A DNA stretch of 64,000 nt from Mobula hypostoma (taxonomy: Eukaryota): contig NC_086109.1 of NCBI RefSeq assembly GCF_963921235.1, positions 682,001 to 746,000 on the forward strand, in the 5' to 3' direction. The translations under genes and the position numbers were made by a program. Positions 37,473 to 48,240 of the stretch are shown one piece after another; positions within the stretch are counted from its first letter, which is position 1; each line of letters starts with the position of its first letter. The notes under the pieces were generated by a model. It was not told the DNA's origin. It saw nothing but the letters and a program-made list of their open reading frames with translations, and searched no databases.

Positions 37473-38979
37473 AGAAGTTTTTGAGTGTATTTGTTGGCAT
37501 ACCAAATCTCTTCAAACTCCGAATAAAGTATAGCCACTGTCTTGCCTTCTTTACAACTGCATCGATATGTTGGGACCAGGTTAGATCCTCAGAGATCTTG
37601 ACATCTAGGAACCTGAAACTGCTCACTGTCTCCACTTCTGGTCCCTCTAAGAGGATTGGTATGTGTTCCTTCGTCTTACTCTTCCGGAAGTCCACAACCA
37701 GCTCTTTCCTCTTACTGACGTTGAGTGCCAGGTTGTTGCTGTGGCACCACTCCACTAGTTGGCATACCTCACTCCTGTACACCCTCTCGTCACCACCCGA
37801 GATTCTACCAGCCATGGCTGTATTGTCAGCAAACTTATAGACGGTATTTGAACTATGCCTAGCCACGCAGTCATGAGTATATAGAGAGCAGAGGGTTACT
37901 TAGTGCCCAGATCCTGATCCCCAAGTGGCTAAGAAAGATTGAGGGCTGGTACAGTAAATAAGAATAGTCCATCGGAGTGGTCATCTACTGAATGAAGACC
38001 ATTTTAAAATTTACATTAAAGCCAAAATTCAGGAGAACTAATCAAAGACATAACAAGGAGCCTAAAATCCAAGAGATCTGTCATATATTCAAGAAAAGAC
38101 CCTAACGGCTCAGCACTTTAATTGTGTTCCTAGTGATGCTTTCTCGAGCCTGGCTGATTCCTGTTGAGGTTTTGGAGTTTTGCTGAGATCTAAGGACAAG
38201 TGTGACATGTTGATGAGTTTTTGTTCAATCTTTGGATATTTGCTGGTCTTCTGGGAACATTTCCCTGAGGGGCCCATGTCGATTCATTCGGTCCTTGTTC
38301 AGTTTTGAATTAGCAGAGAATCCTTGATAAACTTTGGGTTGTTTTGAGTGTTTGGTTCTGATCAAAGACCCAAGAAAAATACAAGAACTAGACAGAGATT
38401 AAGCCACTTACGACAAAATCTGACAAAGGCTTAGTCACCTTCAGTAAAGACCCAATAATGATTTGGGAAACAGTGTATTTGATCATGAAGTTTTGGTAAA
38501 GTCTTGTGGAAGTCTCAGCGATGAAGAATACACACAATAGCAAATGTCAACATTTGTGAATGTATCTAATGAAGATCCTACAGGGCCCCACTGTAGTTTC
38601 ATTAAAATCCAGGAATGTGAAGTTTCATTCAGGGCAGAGACCCAGTTCACAATGGGCTAGCAGGACAAGAACCAATTACCAAGGTTCAGTAGGGGATAGC
38701 TAGAGCATCACCTAAAGCAGGCAGCTCCAGGGAGGGATCTATGGTCCCCAGGATCAGAAGACCCTCCACAGCCTGATGTACCAATGAGGGAGCACAACAG
38801 CCCCAATCCCTGTAACCAATGCTGCTTCCTACACTCCTCCCTGTCTCTTTATTTTCTTCCAGCCCCTACAGTCCTCCCTATTCTGGAGCCTCTTAGGCCC
38901 CCACATACCACCCATTGTTACCAGCTCTGACTTTGACATATGCTCCATCACCACCAATCCGGAGTGGAATTGGTGAGGT

Positions 38980-40910
38980 GTACACTGATAGTCTGGAATA
39001 TGTCCATCAGGAAGGAGGAAGTGTTGGAAATTGATGTACATGAATTGGACAGATGCTCTTGTCCAATGAAATCTATCCCAGGGTGGAAGCAAGAGAGGAG
39101 ACAGCTGGAATTCTAACAGACATGTTTACATACTTTTTAGCCATTGCTGAGGTACCGGAAGATTGGAGGGTGGTAATGTTTTTTTCATGTTCAAGAGGGT
39201 CAGTTGGGTTAAACCTGGGAACTACAGAACAAGAAGTCTTGCATCATTGGTCAGGAAATAATCCTTAGATAAAGGATCCTTGTTCACTTGGAAGGGCAGG
39301 GACTGTTTAGGAGGTGTCAGCATGGATTTGTGCATGGGAGATCATGTCCCACAAACAAAGTTTTTCTTTGAGGATAAAACTGAGGAAGTCAGGATGGTAG
39401 ATGTGGGTTACATACACCTTAGTTAGGCTTTTGACAAGTTCCTGGTGGTAGGCTGGTCCTGAAAGTTAAAGCACGATGATTTTGAGATATATTTGAAAAC
39501 TGGTTCTAAACCTACCTTGGTGATAGGAGGCAGAATGTAAGGTAATATAGGTATTTATCCCACTGAAAGTTTGTATCCAGCAGTGTACCACATTGGTAAG
39601 TGCTGTAACCATTATTGTTTATGGTATGTACAAATAACTTGGTTGAGAATGTAGTGATATGGTTCATGAATTTTCAGATATTGCAAAGAGTGGAGCAAGT
39701 TGTGAAACAATACAGAGGGATGTAGACCAGCTTGAATGTTGGATAGGGTGAAGGGAGACGGAATTTAATCCAGAAAAGTATGGTCAAGTACTTCGGCCCT
39801 TTAATTCTGGCAGGGCATATATAGTAAATGGCAAGGATAAAAGAAGCTTTGATGCGGAGAAAGTCTTTGGTCAGCAAGTTTACATGGGTAGAGTAGTGAA
39901 GACAGGATTTAGCTTGCTTGCCTTCATAAGCAGGGGCATTGCAAATAAATACTAGAATGAAGCATTACAGCTGTACGATACATTGGCAAGGCCATGTTTG
40001 GAATATTGGGTGCATTTCTGGTCACCACTATAGAAATGTTGTGGTAGTGTTAGAGAGAATGCAGAAGAGAATCACCTGGATATTGTCAGGAATGGTGAGC
40101 TGTAATTATAAAGAAAGATTGCATTGGCTGGGTTAGTTCTTACTGACCAGTAGAGGCTGAGAGGTGAACTTATAATGGTTTGTAAGATTATAGAGACATA
40201 GATAGGATCGATGGGATCTATATCCCAGGATAGGGTGGTCTAAATTTAGAGGGCACAGGTTTAAGGTGAGAAGGGCAAATCTTCAAGGGGACCTGTGGGA
40301 TCAGTTTTTCACACAGAAGGCAGTTGATGTGTGGAACGAGCTGCTAGTTGCAGTGATACAGGCTGGTACAGTAACAACATTCAAAAGACACAGATAAATA
40401 GGAGGGGCCAAATGAATTCAAATGGGGCTCACTCAGGTAGGCATCTTGGTCGGTGTGGACCAGTTGGGAAGGGCCTGTTTCCATGCTATATGACTCTTGA
40501 CATAGAGGTATATAGGGAGTGAAGGAGGTTAGAGAGACGCAGGGGGTGGGTTTGTAGGTACTGGTAAGGGTCACAGATGGGGGCAGTTTCTAGGGGGAAC
40601 AGTGTGATATAGTTTTACAGCAGAGGAAAATCCTTCTAGGATTGGACTCTCCTACATGGGATGTAAGACTATTCAACTTATACATGACCCTCATCATTTT
40701 ATAAGAACCTCTATAAGTTCAACCTCAGACTCCAACACTCTGTGAAAACATTTCCAGCCTATCCAGCTCCTCCTTATAATTGAAGTCCTCTGGTCCCAAG
40801 AACATTCTTTGAAACCTTTCTGTACCTGTTCTGATAGAATAACATTCTTCTTGTAGATAGTGACCAGAACTACAGTCAACACCAACATATTGTACAGTTC
40901 AAACGTGCTG
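38980..40910. mobile_element. Old CR1 LINE remnants
   Basis: AEVPEDWRV in ORF 39053-39268; decayed AFDK, HYR and RGHRFKV-like DNA on the plus strand; minus-strand piece ~40670-40910. Confidence 0.65.
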
Positions 40911-40929
40911 ACCCAAGTCTCATAAATCC

Positions 40930-41400
40930 CCTCCAGTTCTGACATTCCTCTCTATCACTGTAACCTCTTCTAGCCTCTATACTCTGCCCTGTCTCTATAA
41001 CTCCTTGCAACCCCTACACCCCTCCCTGTGGCCTCTACTGTCCTTGTAACCCTTTTTGGCCCCTACAGCCCTCCTTGTCTCTATAACTCCTTCCAGCTCT
41101 TAACCCCCTCATTGTCCCTGTAACTCCCTCCGTCCCCTACACTTATCTCCATCTCTGTATTCTTCAGCCCTACAGGCCTCTCAATCTCTCTAATCCCTTT
41201 AGTGCCAACACATGTCCTCATCCATATAACCCCAACAGTCCATACGTCTCTCCCTGCCTCTGTAACCTCCTCTGGCCCCCACACTACTTTTTGTCTTTCA
41301 TCCCTCCCTGTCTCAGTAAACCCTCCCTCCCCTACACCTCTCCCTGTCCCTCTATCTCTTCCAGCTTTTGCACCTCCCATGTCCCTGTATCTCCCTGCTG
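40930..41400. repeat. Degenerate short-period repeat (CCCTGTCTCTGTAACCTCC...CCCTACA)
   Basis: The motif recurs many times; reverse-complement versions at ~11640-11800 and ~45700-46060. Confidence 0.6.
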
Positions 41401-41914
41401 GGCAGCTTGTTCTGTTTTATGATGGGGAGGGTGAAACTGAAGCTGATGTATTTGACTCCAGGGCTGGCAACCCTTTACTAGTGGGTCCATGAGGGGTTTG
41501 AATGACCATTCTGCTGCTCTAGATTGGCTAATGGAAAGAACAGCCTCGCTCCTCACTAAGAATTGTGACAGGAATCAGAAAAAGCATCCGAGTGTCCAGG
41601 CTGTATGTGTCCGGGAATGCTGCCCAGTACATGACGAGGGCAGGGATTCGAACCCTTCACTGTACCAGCTGTAGAGGAGGAGTTGTGTGACGAGGTCAAC
41701 ATATGATACACACAACATATGACTCTGGGTTGTGTTACTTGCGCCCTGCAGCGCTCCGTCCTGCAGCCAAGGTGTCAGGTTCAAGCAATTTTAGGTCTCA
41801 GAGGCACGTGTAGGATTAGAGACGCCTGGGTACAGGCCATCCGTAAAACTGTTTCCAAACTGGCAGTGTGTGTGGTGTGTAACTAGGGGCTGGGTGGTTG
41901 TGCAGGGCATTTAA

Positions 41915-41940
41915 ACACACACACACACACACACACACAC
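41915..41940. repeat. (CA)n microsatellite
   Basis: Directly visible. Confidence 0.9.
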
Positions 41941-42131
41941 CTCTTTTTCTCGCCCTGGGTCAGAGATACGGAGACAAGGAGAGAGGAAGAGATGGACATA
42001 TTAGCAGTGAAATGATACCATGCTCATTCGACATACATTATTTTACCTATCACGCGAGTGATCATTTGACACACACGTCCATATACAGCCACATACACTC
42101 ACACACATGCAGAGACGAACTCACATGAGTT

Positions 42132-42166
<35 letters not shown>
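42132..42166. repeat. Compound (TA)n(CA)n microsatellite
   Basis: Directly visible. Confidence 0.9.
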
Positions 42167-42440
42167 GCACGCATGCACAAACACCCATTTGTGTATCGTG
42201 TATGCCCGCGCACAAGAATCCTGTTGCTCTGAGCTGTCCCACACAAGCCCAGACCACATTCAGAGCTGAGCCTTGCTCCTTGCCCCGGCGAATACTGAAA
42301 TATTAAAATAGCAGTTTTCAGTAGGCAAAGGAGACTCCCCCCCCCCGCCCCCAAACATCTCCCCCACCTCCAACATCAGGGCTGTGGACGGTTCCTTCGT
42401 GGGGTCCACAGCCCTGCTGGCGCCTTTTGCCTGTCCGTAC

Positions 42441-42674
42441 CTCCAGCGTGAGCTCGTCCCATTCAAACTGCTTCATGGAGACCTTGTCATCGCCTACGGG
42501 CTCGTGGTAATACAGGCAGAGGATGTCAAACTTCTTCAGGACTTGCTTATAGTTCTTTGAGGAAAGGTGGATGACCCGGTCTTCGCCGTCGTACTCAGGG
42601 ATATTGATGCCCTCCTCCGCCTGGCTCAGGGCGAGGGTAGCGGCCGACAGGAGGAGCAGCCAGGGGCATCTCAT
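42441..42674 (-). CDS. CASQ1: Calsequestrin coding exon 1 (signal peptide + start of thioredoxin-like domain I)
   Basis: ATG at 42674; 234 nt; [78 protein letters not shown]; donor GAG|GTACGG. Confidence 0.95.
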
Positions 42675-42845
42675 CGTGCAGCTGGAGAGCTCTGGGGAGG
42701 GCGCACAGAGAGAGAACCCTGAAGCAGAGATAGAGATAGGGGCAGCCTCGGACGGGGGAAGCAGAAAGCGGGAACTCGGGAAATCTTCAGCCGCACGCTT
42801 GGACTGCGCCGAGATGCAAGGAGGAGAGCAAGAGCCTGGTCAAGC

Positions 42846-42984
42846 CAGCTGCAGCCTGAAGCCGTGGCAATATGCTGGGTGTGGAGATTCTGGCTCTGGC
42901 AAGGAGGCTGCCTCACGACGAGGGAGCTATACACCCATATTAAGGAAAATGACCCAGGACAGAAAGCAACACTTCTAAAAATAA
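42846..42984 (-). promoter_or_regulatory. Putative muscle-type proximal promoter (MEF2, CArG-like, E-box)
   Basis: CTAAAAATAA at 42975-42984 matches YTAWWWWTAR exactly. CCATATTAAGG at 42935-42945 is CArG-like (non-canonical). CAGCTG at 42846-42851. All lie in CpG-rich unique sequence 170-310 bp upstream of the ATG; TSS not determinable. Confidence 0.6.
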
Positions 42985-43099
42985 AGGAAGCTGAGCCCAG
43001 GAAAGAAGGAGCAAAGGATCGCGCTGCCCCGTCGCAGCCAAGCAGCGCGGCTCACACCCCAGCACCGAGAAAATTAATACGTTGCTTGCGCGGGGGAAT

Positions 43100-44540
43100 T
43101 AGAGAGAGAGGTCGACCCATAGGTCAGCAGGCAGGGAGAGTGAAGGAGGAGGTGGCAAGGAGAAGGGCAGACGGGGGATGAGTGGCCGGTGGCAGCAGTG
43201 CTGGGGGGAACAATGGACATCGAGGAGATGGGGGATGAAAATAATGATGGGGTAAAAGTGGGTGGCCAAGTATATATGCAAAGAGAGTGTAAGTAGGTAG
43301 AGGGAGAGGCAAACTAGGAGCACATCCAGTGAGAGCGAATGTGACCAATGACCAATGGTTTCAGAAAGGGGAGGCAAGGGAGACAGAGAACCGATGAGTA
43401 GATACTGTAGGTAGAAGAAATGACGGTGAGAGATGGTATCTCGAAATTATATATGCAGAGAAAGAGTCGGGGAGCGAGAGAGAGGAAAATACAGATGAAC
43501 AGGTAGATGGAAGTGTTGGTGGGCAAAGTTAAGTGGAGACAGGAAATGAGGATCTATGGAAGCGTGGGCGGAACAGGTGAGGGAAGGAAGAAATTTTGGA
43601 AGAAGAGAGAGAGAGAAAGAGAGATAGAAAGACTGATGAATGGAGAGGGGAGAAAGAGAAAGGATGGAAGGAGAAGAGATGGATGTAGGGAGGAGGGAGG
43701 ATGGACGGAGGGAGTACAGAAAGAGGGGTGAATGGATATAGGAGGGAGGAAGGAGGAATGGAGGGAGCGGGGTGGATGGTCAGAAAAGGGGAGATGAAAT
43801 GTGAGGAGGATGAGGCGAATGTGTCGTGAGTGGTGGGTGTGCTGTTCCAGGGGACATGGCCATCTCTCTGCTGGGTTTGATTAGGTGGCTCCAGTTTCCA
43901 TTGAAGCTGCTTTTCAGTTTGTGATGTCACTGGGCTGGGGACGAGGCAGAGAATGGGAGACTGGGGCTGGAGAGGAAGAGGGAGAGAGGACACAGGCAGT
44001 GAGAAAGACCATGAGCAAGAACAAAACATGGGTGAGGTGGAAGATGGAGAGAGAAGGGAAGGGAGAAAAAGCAGGATGGAAAGACGAGGGAAGTGCGGGG
44101 GTATGGGTTAGCAGGGGTTTTGAGGGAGAGCAGGATTTGGGAGAAAGAGCACAGATGGGCAGAGAGCGGGGTGGTGTGAGAGGGGGTTTGGGGAAAAAGA
44201 GCAGGAGTGGGGAGTGAGTGGGTAGCGGGCATATGGAGGGTTTTTTGGGGAGAAAGAGCATGCCTGGGAAGAGAGTGGGTTGGGAAAAGTGTTGTGGGTG
44301 GGGAGAAAGTGTGTAGGTGGGGGTAAGAATGTGAGGATAGGAACAGAGTAGGGGCAGAGTGTTTGGTGGGGAGAGGATGGGGGGAGAGCATGGGATTAAG
44401 GAGAGAGTGGAGGGGTGGGGAGGGATAGCAGGGGTATTGGAATGGGGGAGAGAGCAGTGGTGGGGAGAGTGAAAGGGCATGTGGGCAGAGAGAATGATGA
44501 TGGGAATAGAGAATGAGGGTAGCAGAGAGAGAAAATAAGT
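43100..44540. repeat. Purine-rich (G/A) low-complexity tract upstream of the promoter
   Basis: Strong G+A skew on the plus strand with many GGG runs. Confidence 0.7.
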
Positions 44541-46729
44541 TCATGACCATAAAACATAGGAGCAGAATTTGGCCATTCAGCCCATCAAGTCCACTCTGCC
44601 ATTACATCATCTGATCCCAGATCCCAGTCAGCCCCATACACCTGCCCTCTCACCATATCCTTTGATACCCTGACCAATCAGGAAACTATCGCATTGCTTT
44701 CTCAACTCTACCTACCCCTCCACCTATCTTCGAATCATCCACAGACTTTGCCACAAAGCCATCGAATCCACTATCTAAATCATTGACAAACAATGTGAAA
44801 AGTAGCAGTCCTAATACTGATCTCTGAGGAACACCTCAGAGCGAGCATGGGAGAGAGAAGAAGTGGGGAGAGAGCAGGTGTGGACATTGGCCATAACAAC
44901 AATGTTTACCAGCATTGGGGAGTTGAGGGTGGACCCCATCAGAGAAGTGCTGGTGTAGAACACCAAGCAATGGAAAGATGGACCCGCTGGGTGTCCAGGA
45001 TTGGGACCACCTTATGAAACACTGATCACACCTCCTGAGGAGAGCCCCACCTAGGCTGGGGGAGAATGAGATGGAAGGGGGGCAGGTTGACAGGTTCAAC
45101 CCCCTCTACATGAGTCCCACTGTAAGCAGGATTCAATTCAACACTCATCAGCTATGTTCAAATCCCAGCCAGGCTGAGCTCACATACGATATGCTCTTGT
45201 AAATATAGCCCTGTGGATTAAATTACTGCCAGCAAACTATTCTACAGAATGCAGGGAGAGCAGCAAATGTCGGCAATCTGCCCAAAAACAGATGGAGCAC
45301 AAATTCATTTGTTTTACACGTTCTCCCAAACACTGGGAAGTGGGAAGGATACCTTGTCCCTCACCCCATCAATCCGCACTCCAAATGGTCCCCACCCCTT
45401 CCCATTCACTCCTTCATCCAATTCCCATGGGCCCAACTCTTTCTCATTCTCTCCCAAAGTCCAATCCCAATGGACCTTACCTCTTCACATTTACTATCAC
45501 CGCTCAATCCCAATGGACCACAACCCCGCCTATTCAGTCCCAGTATTCCTTACTCCCATGGACCCCAACTCTTTCCATTTACCTCCATCGTCCACACTCT
45601 ACAGTTTCCACCTCTTCCCATTCACTCCTACAGTCCACACTCCCAACGAAGCTGGCCGCTTGCCATTCACTTCCGGTGTAAACAATGCGAGAGGTGACAG
45701 AGGTAGGGAGGCATATAGGAGTTGAAGGGGTTTACATTGTTAGGGAGGGTGTAGGAGCCAGGAGGTTTACAGGAATATAGATATAGGTGCTGCAAAGGCT
45801 ATAGAGATTATAATGGTGTAGAGGCAAGAGGGGTTCATACAGATTAAAATTAATGTAGGAGCTGGATAGGGTTACAGAGACAGGAAGGTGTGTCAGTGCT
45901 GAAGGGGTTTACGGATTCGGTGGGATGTGAGGGCAGAAGACTTCACAGAAACAGGGGAACTGTAGAGGCCACAGGGATATGGATGGATACCAGAGCTAAA
46001 GGGGTTTCAGAGTTAGAGAGAGGTGTAGGTGTGGGAGGGTATTACAGAGACAGCATTATCTAATAAGGTAAGGCGAATGAACTCAAAAGCATGGAAAAAC
46101 TCTTGTACTGGAACCTCACAGGAATAACAGAAACACGACAGAGAGAAGAGCAAGATTGGTAGCTCAGAGATCCAGGATACAGAGGTAGAGGAGGAAGGAG
46201 CTTTGTCTTTTTGATGAGGGAGGACATACAAGTGGTGCTCAGAGTAGATATTCCTTGTCAAGTAGGACCATATGAATTAAATATAGATACCAGAAGGAGA
46301 TGGTCACTTTGACTGCACTATGTTGTAGGCCCCACCACAGTCAATGGGCAGTTGTGTTGGGAGATTGCTGATAGTTGTAAGAGCAATGGGGCAGTATTGG
46401 TGCAATACTTTTAACTTGCCGAATACTGTCTGGGTACAAAGTGCAAGGGGCTTGGACAGGGTGGAATTTGTTAACTGTATCCAAGGAAGTTTCTTAATCG
46501 ACATATGGAGGGTGTAAGACTGACCCTCCTCCTGAGGAATGGAGTAGGGCAGTGGAAGAAATGCATGTCAATGACTACGTATGATCAGTTTTAAACTGTT
46601 ATGGAGAAGAATGGGATAAGTACTAAATTGGGGCAAGGCCAATTCTGGAGGTATTGAGCATGATCTTGCAGAGGTCAATTGGGTGAGAGCATTTACAGGT
46701 AAAAGGATGATGGGTAAGTGGAAGGCTTT

Positions 46730-47010
46730 TAAATTTATTTATTTATTGAGATACGGTGTGAAGTAGGCCCTTCCAGCCCTTTGAGTCATACCACACAGCA
46801 ACACACTAATTCAGTTCTAATCTAATCATGGGACAATTTACAATGGCCAATTAACCAACCAATTGCTACATCTTTGGAGGAAGCTGGAGCACCTGGAGAA
46901 AACCCATGTGGTCACAGGGAGAACGTAGAAGCTTCTTACAGGCAGTGATGAGAATTGAAACCAGGTCACTGATATTATAAAACATCATACTAACTACTAC
47001 ACTACCATGC
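46730..47010 (-). mobile_element. tRNA-derived V-SINE (HE1-like)
   Basis: Minus strand has A/B-box-like head TGGTAGTGTAGTAGTTAG...CCTGGTTTCAATTCT, a V-domain-like core GTTCTCCCTGTGACCACATGGGTTTTCTCCAGGTGCTCCAGCTTCCTCC, and an (AAAT)n tail. Confidence 0.65.
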
Positions 47011-48240
47011 AGTCCATGCAGTGAAAATAATTTATGAGCATTTGGGAAATCTTTGCCTAAATGGAGACAGTCAACATGGATTTGTGCAGGGCATGTCATC
47101 TCTTACTAACGATTGGGTTTTTCAATGAAGTTATGAAGATCATGGACCGTGTTAATGTACAAAAGGCATCTTGGGGTCCAAGCCCACAGCATCTTGAAAG
47201 TGGGTGCTGAGGATGATAGGCTGGCAAAGAAGGTGCATGGCATACTTGCCTTTTATTAGTAGAAGTATTGAATTCGAGAGATAGGAAGTTATGTCGCTGC
47301 TTTATAAAACTGATTAGGCCACATCTGGAGTACTGTATTCAGTATACTGTATACATGAGCATAGAGCTGCTGATGTTCTCTACCTTGATTGTAGTAAGAC
47401 ATATAGAACATAGAACAGGACCACACAGTAACCAGGACTTTCGGCCCACCATGTTGTGGTTAAATTAGTAATCAAATGCTGATCTACAAGAATCCCTTCT
47501 GCCTACACAATGTACATATTCTTCCATTTTCTGCACATTCATGTGCTAATCACATTTTTCTCCACCTCCAGCTCTAACACCCACCACTCTCTATGTAAAA
47601 AACTTGCTCCACACACCTCCTTTGAACTTAACCCCTCTCACCATAAATGCATGCCCTCTGGTAATAGGCATTTCAATGCTGTGAAAAGAATACAAGCTTT
47701 CTACTTTATTAATGCTTCCAATAATCTTATAAATTTCTAACACATTGACCCCCAGCCTCTAAAATTCCAGAGAAAACAATCCAAGTTTGACCAACTTCTC
47801 CTTATAACACATGCCCTCTATCTTGATGAACTCCTCTGCACCCTCTTGAAAGCCTCAGCATATGACAGGATTCCACATGGAGTGATACAGTATGAAAGTT
47901 GATTCTCCAGTCAAACTTGTTCATGCTGACTATGTTGCCTAACAAGCTAGTCCCATCTACCTACATTTGGTTCATAGCTCTCTGAATGTTTCTTATCCAT
48001 GCACTTATCTAGATGGCTTTTAGTCATTATTTTTGCCAACTCCTTTCAAATACATGTCACCCATTGCATGAAGAAGCTACAATGATGTCCTTTTTAAAAC
48101 ACTTGCCTATGATCTTAAACGTAAGCCCCCTTCCTTTTAGCACCCCTTATCTGGGAAATACAATGTGTTTTAATCCTGTCTATGACCATCCCTCATAACA
48201 TATCTCTATCAGTTCTCTTCAATATCCTACATTCCAGGGA

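Larger units (their letters stand above)
35586..37890 (-). mobile_element. Rex1/Babar-like LINE 3' portion interrupted by an LTR-like insertion
   Basis: ORF 37465-37866 YKFADNT...WCHSNNLALNVSKRKELVVDFR...DLTWSQHI; 3' UTR with (ATTT)n ends ...GATAATAAGCCTGTTTCTGATT beside the exon 2 acceptor. Confidence 0.75.
9195..42674 (-). other. CASQ1: Calsequestrin gene span, coding exons 1-10 (final exon not in window)
   Basis: Ten GT-AG exons splice into one 1014-nt frame: [34 protein letters not shown]...[38 protein letters not shown]. Exon sizes match the vertebrate calsequestrin structure as I recall it. The family call is secure; CASQ1 rather than CASQ2 is about 0.7. Confidence 0.95.

Noticed and set aside
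42685..42740. Acceptor-like pyrimidine tracts in the 5' leader (upstream non-coding exon?)
   Set aside because: The MEF2/CArG cluster just upstream favours a local TSS and no upstream donor exon was identified. Cannot be settled without transcripts.
42571..43181. Plus-strand ORFs overlapping exon 1 and the promoter (divergent gene?)
   Set aside because: No recognisable homology or splice structure; expected by chance in GC-rich sequence.
43500..45725. His/Pro/Ser-rich ORFs of 110-207 aa
   Set aside because: Products of purine/pyrimidine-skewed low-complexity DNA.
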